DNA of 64,000 bases. It comes from Acidobacteriota bacterium (lineage in GTDB: Bacteria > Acidobacteriota > UBA6911). Position 1 is the stretch's first letter. Every line of letters starts with the position of its first letter. Location of the stretch: contig JBBIMP010000018.1 in the NCBI GenBank assembly GCA_037444305.1, positions 1-64,000 on the forward strand, read 5' to 3'. Shown piece by piece: positions 1-7,864 of the stretch. Position numbers and translations under genes: made by a program. Under the pieces are notes generated by a model. The model was not told where the DNA came from, ran no database searches, and saw only the letters and a list, made by a program, of their open reading frames with translations.

Positions 1-574
1 CCAACCCCGGATTTTGTCGCGGCATGGCGCGACAAGAATCCTTAATTTGTTGGGCAGCGTCCTGGGTGTCGCGCAAAGGAAGGTCGTGCTGGGGATGCGA
101 CTCGACCTCCAGCGATAGCCCCAGCTTATGAAGATCTTCTCTCGACTTGGGACTGACGAAGCGCCGCGCCGAGCCAAGGTACACCGCGACCGGCTTTTGC
201 TGCGCGACTAGGTTTCGGACATTCTCAAGCGTTCCGCGGCTCTTTCCGTCCCAAAGCATCAGGCCATAGGAGGCATCATTGGCCATCTGTTTGTCTTTCG
301 CGGAATAGAGTTCAAACCCACGCGCTCCGCTCGGTGGGTTGACGAGGCAAACCTTCCAGTGGCCGACGTTATTGCGAACGGATCCGGCTATCGCGTAAAC
401 GATTACTCGCTCGTAGTCCCGATCTGCCAAATGCTGCTGCAGAGCGCGATCGGCGCCATTGGCGTCGCCGACAAAGAACCATAGGCCTCGGTCAATGAGG
501 TCGTTGAGTTTAGACCTGATGCTGTCGTTGAGCCGAGCGATCCGTCGTGAACCACCGAGAAATACCGCTTCCAT
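1..574 (-). CDS. SLOG-superfamily (DprA/Smf/LOG-like Rossmann) protein. N-terminal ~190 aa; the gene runs off the window start.
   Basis: The reverse-complement ORF starts at ATG 574..572 and has no stop before position 1. Translation: MEAVFLGGSRRIARLNDSIRSKLNDLIDRGLWFFVGDANGADRALQQHLADRDYERVIVYAIAG... The GGS..(x)..VGDANGAD..(x)..VIVYA pattern is typical of SLOG/DprA-like Rossmann folds. Its ATG overlaps the stop of the upstream PRTase (ggcTGAtcATG). Confidence 0.45.
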   Translation of the reverse strand, partial: MEAVFLGGSRRIARLNDSIRSKLNDLIDRGLWFFVGDANGADRALQQHLADRDYERVIVYAIAGSVRNNVGHWKVCLVNPPSGARGFELYSAKDKQMANDASYGLMLWDGKSRGTLENVRNLVAQQKPVAVYLGSARRFVSPKSREDLHKLGLSLEVESHPQHDLPLRDTQDAAQQIKDSCRAMPRQNPGL

Positions 575-576
575 GA

Positions 577-1178
577 TCAGCCCCGAGTTTTTGTCAACGC
601 AAGGGCGAAAACCGCGGAAACGCCCCCGGATTCCTTGAGGAGACGAGCGAGTGCATTCATCGTAGCGCCGGACTGGTAGAGGTCATCGAGAAGCAAAACC
701 CTTCGGCCCTTCAACCCTTCGCCCTCGATCGCGTGCACTCCTTGAGCAATTCAACGCGCTCCGCATAGTCGGCGTTCTTGAGTTCGGGCGTTGCCTTCGT
801 CTTCCGCACGCTTGTCTTGTCCACTGGCAGATCCAGCAGCCTTCCGAGTTCATCGGCGATCTGGTATAGCGGCTGGACTGCTCGACTCTTACTGGGCGAC
901 GCGGGAACGATGATATCGATTCCGGGGTTCCAGCCACGAACGAAGTCACAGGCAGCCTGGGCAATGGGTGTGACAGTCGATTGATCACCTCGGTACTTGA
1001 GCCTGTAGAACAGCTCTCCGAGCTCCGTGCGAGTGCTCTCGAACTGGGGATGTCCGTACTCGTTGTACCCGATGAACTCACTGCTGGTGACGTGGCGATC
1101 CAGAACACGGCCATCATCCCATGTCCCATGCAACGGTCTCGGATTCAGTTGCATCTTGTCCTCAGCTACGCTGCCCAA
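577..1178 (-). pseudogene. ComF/GntX-type phosphoribosyltransferase (PRTase), split by a frameshift in a gaaggg repeat tract
   Basis: The N-terminal ORF (1178..711) contains IDIIVPASPSKSRAVQPLYQIADELGRLL, matching the ComF-type motif D-x-IVPVP...RG-FNQ. After a frame change near 700-745, the C-terminal half reads KGRRVLLLDDLYQSGATMNALARLLKESGG, the PRPP-binding loop typical of type I PRTases (VLLVDD..TG.T). The two frames overlap within the repeat gagggcgaagggttgaagggccgaagggtt. Confidence 0.6.
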
Positions 1179-1246
1179 CGGGAAGCATCAGCTGCGGCGC
1201 GCGCTTTGCGCCGTCGACTGGATGCTGTTGTTAGCCGGGCTCTCTC

Positions 1247-1459
1247 TCACAGCAGCTTCCGGAATTGCTCTGGAGTGAGCCCAGCGTCGCGGGCGATTCC
1301 ACCCATCGTCAGGGCATTCACAGGATTGTGCCTTGGGACTGTGAGAATTCTGACCCCGTCGGACATGACGACATGTTTCCCCTGACGGATGATCCGAAAG
1401 CCCGCTTTCTCAAGTGCACGAGCTGCCTCCAGGTGATTGATGCCCGGTATCTTTGGCAC
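1247..1459 (-). CDS. hicA: HicA-family mRNA interferase toxin
   Basis: 70 aa: MPKIPGINHLEAARALEKAGFRIIRQGKHVVMSDGVRILTVPRHNP... This is a YcfA/HicA-like fold with a ..GKH..h....tvP.H.. pattern, and it sits immediately downstream of hicB. Confidence 0.78.
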   Translation of the reverse strand: MPKIPGINHLEAARALEKAGFRIIRQGKHVVMSDGVRILTVPRHNPVNALTMGGIARDAGLTPEQFRKLL

Positions 1460-1462
1460 GAG

Positions 1463-1660
1463 TCAGCCCGCGACCTCGATTTCTCGGATCACAGCATCTC
1501 TCAGGAGTTCGTCGCGCGCTTCGAGATATTCCTTGATGGCCTCTTGGATGTTGGCTAGCGCCTCATCCTCAGTGGCGCCCTGGGACCAACATCCTGGGAG
1601 TCCAGGAACAGATACACTGTAGCCCTCGTCAGTCTCATGCAAAGCTATTTTATACCTCAT
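1463..1660 (-). CDS. hicB: HicB-family antitoxin (short UPF0150 form)
   Basis: 65 aa: MRYKIALHETDEGYSVSVPGLPGCWSQGATEDEALANIQEAIKEYLE. This is the classic HicB/UPF0150 signature. There is a 4-bp gap to hicA. Confidence 0.75.
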   Translation of the reverse strand: MRYKIALHETDEGYSVSVPGLPGCWSQGATEDEALANIQEAIKEYLEARDELLRDAVIREIEVAG

Positions 1661-1879
1661 GTTGCCTCTTGCCTAAAGTATACACCCGCGCCCCTCCGGC
1701 TAACGCGAGCTGCGGATCAGCGGCGGGCCGCGTAGCGGACCGGCCGCTGCATCGCGTTGTTAGCGGCCCCTTGTCATCCTACCGCACGGCCCCCAGGAAA
1801 GGTAGTAGAGTCCGCGTGATAGCTGTGGCGGGCGTATCCGGCGCTCTAGCAAGGCGTCACAGGCCTCTCCAGGGTGCCG

Positions 1880-1908
1880 TTGACAAATCAGTCAACGCCA
1901 GCTAGGAT
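1880..1908 (+). promoter_or_regulatory. Near-consensus sigma70 promoter with an embedded palindrome, upstream of the MTase
   Basis: TTGACA (1880-1885), a 17-nt spacer, then TAGGAT (1903-1908), with the ATG at 1915. The inverted repeat TTGAC-N6-GTCAA (1880-1895) overlaps the -35 region and is a likely operator for the N-terminal XRE HTH of the downstream protein. Confidence 0.55.
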
Positions 1909-1914
1909 GGCACC

Positions 1915-4440
1915 ATGACTTTCGGGGCCTTCATTCGCGACCGTCGAGCAGCGCTCGGGATATCTCTCCGGGTCGCTGCCCAGAAGCTCGGGGTCGACGC
2001 AGCTCATCTGTCCCGTGTCGAAGCCGGTAAGGTACCCGTCTCTGAACAACTGATCCATCGCCTGGCGGGGGTTCTCGAATGCGAGGCAGACGAGCTGCTG
2101 CTCCTAGCCGGACGCCTTCCAGAATCCATCCGTGCCATGGTGGTGCAGCAGCCGTACCGCGCGACGGCTGCGCTGAGAACAATGGCCGAGATGTGCGTGG
2201 CTGAACCAGGCGTGCCCTACGGAGAGCCGCTCTTCGCCGAGCGAGGAGTGCGCGTCATCGAAGACGGCTTTCCCTTCGAGGAGATCAGCGAGATCGCTGA
2301 GGTCGAGAGCTGGCGCAAGGAGATTTACAGGCCCATCTACCACGTCCACAAGTGGTGGGCGCAGCGGTTGGGTTCCGTGTTCCGAGCGGCAATTCTCGGC
2401 GCGGCAGCCCCCAAGGGTTCATCGGTCTTGGACCTCTTCTACGAGCCGGTTCGTCTACCGGGCGTCGTGGTTTTCGACCCGTTCATGGGGAGCGGGACCA
2501 CAGTCGGCGAGGCGCGGAAGCTCGGTTGCACTGTTATCGGGCGCGACATTAACCCAGTGGCGTACCGTGCGGTTCGCGTCGCACTCGGCCCTGTGGACAG
2601 GGGAAGGGTGCACGAGCATTTCCGGAAGCTCGAATCCGGTGTCGGCAAAGAGATCAAGAAGCTGTACAGTTCGGTTGACAGTGACAGAGAGCTATGCGAC
2701 GTCCTCTACTTCTTCTGGGTTAAGGTCGTTCCGTGTCCTAAGTGCCAGGCGAAGGTCGACCTCTTCTCGAGCTACGTTTTCGCGACGCACGCGTACAAAA
2801 AGCAGAACCCGGAGGCCAAAATCATCTGTCCAGAGTGCGGCGATGTTTTCTCTGGGCGACACGACGACACCCAGGTCGCATGCCGATGTGGCGCTCGCTT
2901 CAATCCGCAAGAGGGGCCGGCCAAGCGAACCACAGCAATTTGCCGCCTGTGCGGGCACGAATTCCCGATTGCGAAGACTGCGAAAAGCGCCGGGAGGCCT
3001 CCGGATCACCGGCCCTACGCGAAGTTAGTGCTTCGGAAGGACGGAAGCAAGGAATACCTTGGGATCACGGACGGCGACCTGTCTGCGTTCATGGCCGCAA
3101 GGAACCGCCTGAGAGACTTCGATCCACCGCTTCCTAGTGTACCCATCGGCGACGGCCACAACACGCGCCAGATCCTGAACTACGGGTATCGGCACTGGCA
3201 CGAGTTGTTCAATGAGCGCCAGCTCCTGGCCCTGACGATGCTAGCAGGCGCGATTCGGGACATCCCGGAGAACTCGGCTCGGGATGCGCTCGCCGTACTC
3301 TTCTCGGGCATACTTGAGTTCAACAACATGTTCGCATCGTACAAGGGAGAAGGCACCGGCGCGGTGCGGCATATGTTCTCACACCACATCCTCAAGCCAG
3401 AGCGGACGCCCATCGAGGCGAACATCTGGGGGACGCCGCGGAGTTCGGGTGCCTTCTCGACGCTGTACGAATCCCGGTTGCTTCGCGCGCTGGATTACCG
3501 CGACGCCCCCTTCGAACTCGCGGTTGAGTACAGAGGCCCACGCAAGACAGGAAGGAAGGTAGTGGGTGTCAGCCCGCCGATCGGTGGGCCGATAATAGAG
3601 CGGTACCCGAAAGGCGGTCTTAAGCCCGGCGCTACATACCTCTCTTGCGGGGACTCGTCTGCCACGGACCTCCCCGACAAGAGCGTTGACCTCGTGATAA
3701 CGGACCCGCCTTTTTTTGACAACGTCCACTACTCTGAGCTCGCCGATTTCTTCTTCGTCTGGCAACAGCTTTACTTCGGTGACGGTTCATTCAGTGGCGC
3801 CTGTACCACCCGCCGGGACGCCGAAGTTCAGGACGTCGAAGCCGGTGCGTTCGCAGACAAGCTCGGCAAGGTCTTTGCGGAATGCCACCGTGTGCTGCGA
3901 GACGAAGGCGTCCTCGTCTTCAGCTATCACCACTCGCGCGAGGATGGGTGGGTTGCGGTCGCGCAGGCCGTTTTGGGTGCCGGCTTCAACATAGTTCAGA
4001 GCCAGCCCGTCAAGGCCGAGATGTCGGTCGCCGCTCCGAAAAGTCAGGCGAAGGAGTCTATCGACCTCGACGTACTGATCGTCTGCCGCAAACGAAAATC
4101 CGACCCGCGGCCGCGGCGTGCTGATGAGGGAGTTTTGCAACGAGCTGTCGCGAGCGCCGAGGAAAAGGTTAGACGGTTCAACAGCGTGGGCCGACATCTC
4201 TCTCGAAACGATGTGCGCGTCATTTTGCTAAGTCAGGTCCTGGTGGAACTGAGCGTGGGGAGGACGGCGAGCGAGGTGGGGGTTTCGCTCAAGGCCCTAC
4301 TGCCGAAGACCCGCAGCATCATCGAGAGGTCATGGAAGGACCAGAACGTGCGGGAACCATCGGGTCCCGTTGCGCCGCAGCCAGGGGCGGTGCAGCGTGA
4401 ATTGTGGGAAACACTGCCTACACGCGGAACGGGAGCCTAA
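1915..4440 (+). CDS. XRE-HTH::DUF1156 (COG1743) N6-adenine DNA methyltransferase with a Zn-ribbon
   Basis: 841 aa. N-terminus: GISLRVAAQKLGVDAAHLSRVEAG (XRE-type HTH). DUF1156 N-terminal signature: IEDGFPFEEISEIAEVESWRKEIYRPIYHVHKWWAQR. Motif I: VVFDPFMGSGTTVGEA. Cys clusters CPKCQ...CPECG / CRLCGHEF form the Zn-ribbon. Motif IV: DLVITDPPFFDNVHYSELADFF. Confidence 0.85.
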   Translation: MTFGAFIRDRRAALGISLRVAAQKLGVDAAHLSRVEAGKVPVSEQLIHRLAGVLECEADELLLLAGRLPESIRAMVVQQPYRATAALRTMAEMCVAEPGVPYGEPLFAERGVRVIEDGFPFEEISEIAEVESWRKEIYRPIYHVHKWWAQRLGSVFRAAILGAAAPKGSSVLDLFYEPVRLPGVVVFDPFMGSGTTVGEARKLGCTVIGRDINPVAYRAVRVALGPVDRGRVHEHFRKLESGVGKEIKKLYSSVDSDRELCDVLYFFWVKVVPCPKCQAKVDLFSSYVFATHAYKKQNPEAKIICPECGDVFSGRHDDTQVACRCGARFNPQEGPAKRTTAICRLCGHEFPIAKTAKSAGRPPDHRPYAKLVLRKDGSKEYLGITDGDLSAFMAARNRLRDFDPPLPSVPIGDGHNTRQILNYGYRHWHELFNERQLLALTMLAGAIRDIPENSARDALAVLFSGILEFNNMFASYKGEGTGAVRHMFSHHILKPERTPIEANIWGTPRSSGAFSTLYESRLLRALDYRDAPFELAVEYRGPRKTGRKVVGVSPPIGGPIIERYPKGGLKPGATYLSCGDSSATDLPDKSVDLVITDPPFFDNVHYSELADFFFVWQQLYFGDGSFSGACTTRRDAEVQDVEAGAFADKLGKVFAECHRVLRDEGVLVFSYHHSREDGWVAVAQAVLGAGFNIVQSQPVKAEMSVAAPKSQAKESIDLDVLIVCRKRKSDPRPRRADEGVLQRAVASAEEKVRRFNSVGRHLSRNDVRVILLSQVLVELSVGRTASEVGVSLKALLPKTRSIIERSWKDQNVREPSGPVAPQPGAVQRELWETLPTRGTGA

Positions 4441-4933
4441 ACCGACCGCGCGGGCGCGTCCTAGCCTCGCGATCCGGTGTGGGAAACGGGTCCACGAGCT
4501 GGGTAATGGACCAGCCCTCCGGCGCGTCGGAGCGGCGTCGATAGCAATAGAACCTTCGGGTGGTGCCTTCTGAGACGGACCGACGCAGCCTGTATGCAAG
4601 CTGCAGATCCGGCTCCTTACGCGGAACGTCCTCATCTGGGTGGATCAGGATAGGCAAGCCATCGAACTCCCGAGCACCGAGGGGGTTGGCGAAGATGAGC
4701 ATAGGTCGAGCCCGGTCGGCTCCGTCGCCATACGTCCCGAGTCCGATGCGTTTCTGGCGCTCGCCTGTGATGCTCAGGTACAGTTCAAAGTCCTCGTTCA
4801 GGGCGTTGCCATCCACCAGGCACAAGGCCGTCAGGACAACAGTCTGCGCGTCGTCGGGGGCGCACTCCAAGCAAACGAATAGGTAGAAGCCGCGGATGTC
4901 GAGGGCTGCACCCGCTGCATCATAGACGCGCAC
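4418..4933 (-). CDS. Hypothetical protein, probably the C-terminal part of a frameshifted nuclease-like gene
   Basis: 171-aa ORF that overlaps the upstream ORF 4831..5301 by about 100 bp in another frame. Convergent with, and abutting, the 3' end of the MTase gene. Confidence 0.3.
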   Translation of the reverse strand: MRVYDAAGAALDIRGFYLFVCLECAPDDAQTVVLTALCLVDGNALNEDFELYLSITGERQKRIGLGTYGDGADRARPMLIFANPLGAREFDGLPILIHPDEDVPRKEPDLQLAYRLRRSVSEGTTRRFYCYRRRSDAPEGWSITQLVDPFPTPDREARTRPRGRFRLPFRV

Positions 4934-5301
4934 ACGCCCGCAGGGGGCGTAGTGTTGTAATCGAGTCCAGAGCCTCGGGCGACACCGCCCTGCGCCGTCC
5001 GCTCCAGTTTCTTGACCTCAATGCCCACGATGCGGTTGATGTCGGTTGTTCGGTGCTTGAGGTCCATTCCTTCGCACATGCGAGGCCGGTACAGGACCAT
5101 GTCGGGGGTGATGAGCGGCCCGGTCGCCCTCGCGCACGAGATCGCTTCGATGCCTGTGAGCACTTCTGTGACAAGGTACTCGTCGAACGGATCGTCTTGG
5201 GTGTTTCGTTTGTCACGAAGTCTGAACGGTACCGGTCGTCCTGCGCTATCGAAAAACCGGTGGCGCAGTGCCAGAAAGGCGAATGTGGGGAGGTCGATCA
5301 T
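4831..5301 (-). CDS. Hypothetical PD-(D/E)xK-like protein; candidate restriction endonuclease, N-terminal part
   Basis: 156 aa containing ..TPDMVLY.. followed about 25 aa later by ..INRIVGIEVKK.. (a PD...E-x-K arrangement). Frame overlap with ORF 4418..4933 suggests a single disrupted gene. Confidence 0.3.
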   Translation of the reverse strand: MIDLPTFAFLALRHRFFDSAGRPVPFRLRDKRNTQDDPFDEYLVTEVLTGIEAISCARATGPLITPDMVLYRPRMCEGMDLKHRTTDINRIVGIEVKKLERTAQGGVARGSGLDYNTTPPAGVCASMMQRVQPSTSAASTYSFAWSAPPTTRRLLS

Positions 5302-5590
5302 GTCCTTGCCTCACTGGTTACGGGGAATGTCTCATCAGGTGCCGCTTATATTATGCGGGTCTCGATAGCTGGATAGGCCGCCAGTCGGCACCCGCTCAAA
5401 CCATCGAGAATATATCTCTCATAGCACAATGTTGTTTAAAGTCAAACGGTTATGCGGAAGCTGATGGGCGGCATATCCAGCTATGCTGCGAGTTCCGCCC
5501 GCTTAACTGGATAACAAGGGCGAAGTTTTGCTGAATCCCACTGCTCCCTTGGCGGACGGGTTCTGTATACTCCCCCTCGCCGCCACAAAC

Positions 5591-6682
5591 TCACATGCCG
5601 GTATCCAGCGGACTCCGAACCTCTCGGCCGCCACGATTCAGCACATGTGTGCAGATCATCGTCGTGCTCACGTCGCTGTGCCCTAGAAGCTCCTGAATCG
5701 TCCGGATGTCGTACCCTGCCTCCAGCAAATGCGTCGCAAAAGAATGACGCAGCGAATGACAGCTTGCCGGCTTCGCAATTCGCGCCTGGAGGGCTGCCCT
5801 GCGGACCGCTTTCTGCAATACCGACTCGTGAAGATGATGCCTGCGCTTCCTCCCCGACGAGGAATCCCAATAATGCCGGGTCGCCGGAAATACCCACTGC
5901 CAGCTCCATTCCCACGGAGCCTTGGGATACTTTCGCTCGATTGCCTGAGGCAACTCGACGCTCCCCGCCCCGCGTCGAAGATCCTCCCCATGCCTTTGGC
6001 GCACTCTTTCGATGTGCGCGGCCAGCGGTTCCGAAACTTTGCCCGGGAGAAGCGTCACCCGATCCTTGTTCCCCTTGCCGTCACGAACCGTAATTTCACT
6101 CCGGGCAAAATCCACATCCTTGATGCGCAGCCGACAGCATTCGAGCAGTCGCAAGCCGGCACCATAGAGCAGGGAGGCCATGATCCATTCCACCCCTCGC
6201 AGGTTGCCCAATAGGGCTGTTACTTCCGAGCGCGAAAGCACTACAGGCAGATGAACAGGCCGCTTCGCCCTCACGATGCCGGCGACCCACTCGAGGTCCG
6301 CCTGCAGCACCTCCCGGTAAAGAAATACCAGCGCGCATAACGCCTGGTTCTGCGTGGACGCGCTGACCCTGCCCTTGACCGCAAGATGGGTCAGAAACTG
6401 CGAGATCTCTGCCTCGCCCATCTCAGCCGGGTGCCGCTTGCCGTGAAAAAGAATGAATCGGCGAATCCAGCCGACGTATGACTTGGCCGTTCTGCGGCTG
6501 TAGCTGCGCCGCAAGATCTCGTCGCGGACACGGTCCAGCAGTTTCGGTTTTTGCGGGCAGAGAGAGACATTCTCACACACGAATGCGGCGGCCCGAGCAC
6601 AGCAGAATAGAAAATCGGCGGCAACATCTGATGGCTTCGCATCGGCGGTCACCAGAGGTTCAACGATCGATTCTTGGAGCAT
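5591..6682 (-). CDS. intI: Integron integrase IntI (tyrosine recombinase)
   Basis: Contains [39 protein letters not shown] (R-H-R-Y catalytic region). Also contains the IntI-specific additional domain [50 protein letters not shown], which aligns with IntI1 ALERKYPRAGHSWPWFWVF...[22 protein letters not shown]. The [12 protein letters not shown] box is also present. Confidence 0.9.
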   Translation of the reverse strand: MLQESIVEPLVTADAKPSDVAADFLFCCARAAAFVCENVSLCPQKPKLLDRVRDEILRRSYSRRTAKSYVGWIRRFILFHGKRHPAEMGEAEISQFLTHLAVKGRVSASTQNQALCALVFLYREVLQADLEWVAGIVRAKRPVHLPVVLSRSEVTALLGNLRGVEWIMASLLYGAGLRLLECCRLRIKDVDFARSEITVRDGKGNKDRVTLLPGKVSEPLAAHIERVRQRHGEDLRRGAGSVELPQAIERKYPKAPWEWSWQWVFPATRHYWDSSSGRKRRHHLHESVLQKAVRRAALQARIAKPASCHSLRHSFATHLLEAGYDIRTIQELLGHSDVSTTMICTHVLNRGGREVRSPLDTGM

Positions 6683-7101
6683 TTCACCTCATAAGTTGCC
6701 CGAACGCCAGAGATATTTCAGCAGCGCGCCGGCAAATCCAATAACCGGGTCGTATCCCCCGCGAAAAACAGCAACGGGCTTTTCCTGCTTGAAACAAGAT
6801 GGCGCCGGTTGCGGCGTAAATCGCCGGCAATAGTCGTTGGCGGCAGGCGAAATCAAGGACTTCCCGGCGCTGGCGGCGCATGCGGCGACAAGGATTAGGA
6901 GAGAAGCGATGCCCCAGCGCTGGGCTGTTTCCCTTCGCGGGGACAGCGCGATCAGAAAGGCTCGCGGACGCATGCCTTGGCGCTGAACGAACCCGTGCTC
7001 CCGTTCAGTGTCTTGGGATCGAGATCCACCGTGTGCGTTTTGTAGGCGCTGCCGATTCAACCGGTGGCACGGGCGCCGCATGCGCGATCCAATTGTCCCA
7101 C

Positions 7102-7146
7102 TTGACGAGCTCTGTGACTCCTAGTAGCATGAGCGTGTGAGTCACA
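7102..7146 (+). promoter_or_regulatory. Promoter with a dyad operator upstream of, and overlapping, the vapB start
   Basis: TTGACG (7102-7107), a 17-nt spacer, then TAGCAT (7125-7130). The 8-bp inverted repeat TGTGACTC (7113-7120) / GAGTCACA (7139-7146) brackets the -10 and the GTG start, typical of RHH antitoxin autoregulation. Confidence 0.5.
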
Positions 7147-7364
7147 GACTGCAGGTCCTTATTCCCGAAGAATTGGATGCCCGTGTGCGCAAAGCGTCGC
7201 AGCGTTGCCGTATTTCCAAGGGGGAGTGGGTGCGACGGGCCATCGAACGCACCCTGGCCGAAGACGGGGCAACAGCCGAACCCCTCTCTCAACTGGCCTC
7301 ATTGGAGGCGCCCACGGCCGACATTGACCAGATGCTGGAGGAAATCGAAACGGGGCGCACGTGA
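7137..7364 (+). CDS. vapB: Ribbon-helix-helix (CopG/VapB-type) antitoxin
   Basis: 75 aa with a GTG start: ..HRLQVLIPEELDARVRKASQRCRISKGEWVRRAIERTL. This is an RHH beta-strand plus two helices. Its stop overlaps the vapC start (7361). Confidence 0.72.
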   Translation: MSHRLQVLIPEELDARVRKASQRCRISKGEWVRRAIERTLAEDGATAEPLSQLASLEAPTADIDQMLEEIETGRT

Positions 7365-7765
7365 GGGTTTTCATCGACTCCAACATTCCGATGTATGTCG
7401 CCGGCCGCGAACATCCTCACCGAGAACCGGCGCGCCGCTTATTGGAGAAGGTCCGCGCCGCCGAGCTGGAAGCATGCACCAGCACGGAAGTTCTGCAGGA
7501 AATCCTTTACCGCTACACTGCCTTGCAACGGCTGGACCTGGCACGACGGGTGTATGAGCTCTTCGTGCTGATTTGTCCGGTGATCTATCCCGTAACCCTG
7601 GCCGATACCGACCGCGCGAAGCAACTGGTATGCGGCGGAGGCAGCATCGGGGTTCGCGATGCGATTCACGCCGCCGTCATGCTGAACAACGACGTCCACA
7701 ACGTTGCGACGTTCGATGCAGCCTTCGACCTGATCCCGGGAGTGCGCCGCCTGCCTCTGGATTGA
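7361..7765 (+). CDS. vapC: PIN-domain toxin VapC
   Basis: 134 aa beginning MRVFIDSNIPMY (PIN N-terminal acidic residue), with ..DAIHAAVMLNNDVHNVATFDAAFD (C-terminal conserved Asp). Confidence 0.82.
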   Translation: MRVFIDSNIPMYVAGREHPHREPARRLLEKVRAAELEACTSTEVLQEILYRYTALQRLDLARRVYELFVLICPVIYPVTLADTDRAKQLVCGGGSIGVRDAIHAAVMLNNDVHNVATFDAAFDLIPGVRRLPLD

Positions 7766-7864
7766 AGGGCAAAGATCTTCCCCACCTGCTGAGGCAATGC
7801 ATGATAGATCCGGATTCAAGGGACTATCCGAGGAGCGGAGTTTCGATCGCAGGCTTTTGGCGGA

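Noticed and set aside
1669-1905. 78-aa plus-strand ORF upstream of the methylase
   Set aside because: It overlaps the methylase promoter and operator, and its Ala/Arg/Ser-rich translation has no start context.
7766-7864. Possible attC site after vapC
   Set aside because: No GTTRRRY or RYYYAAC core and no convincing imperfect palindrome were found by eye, so it is not called.
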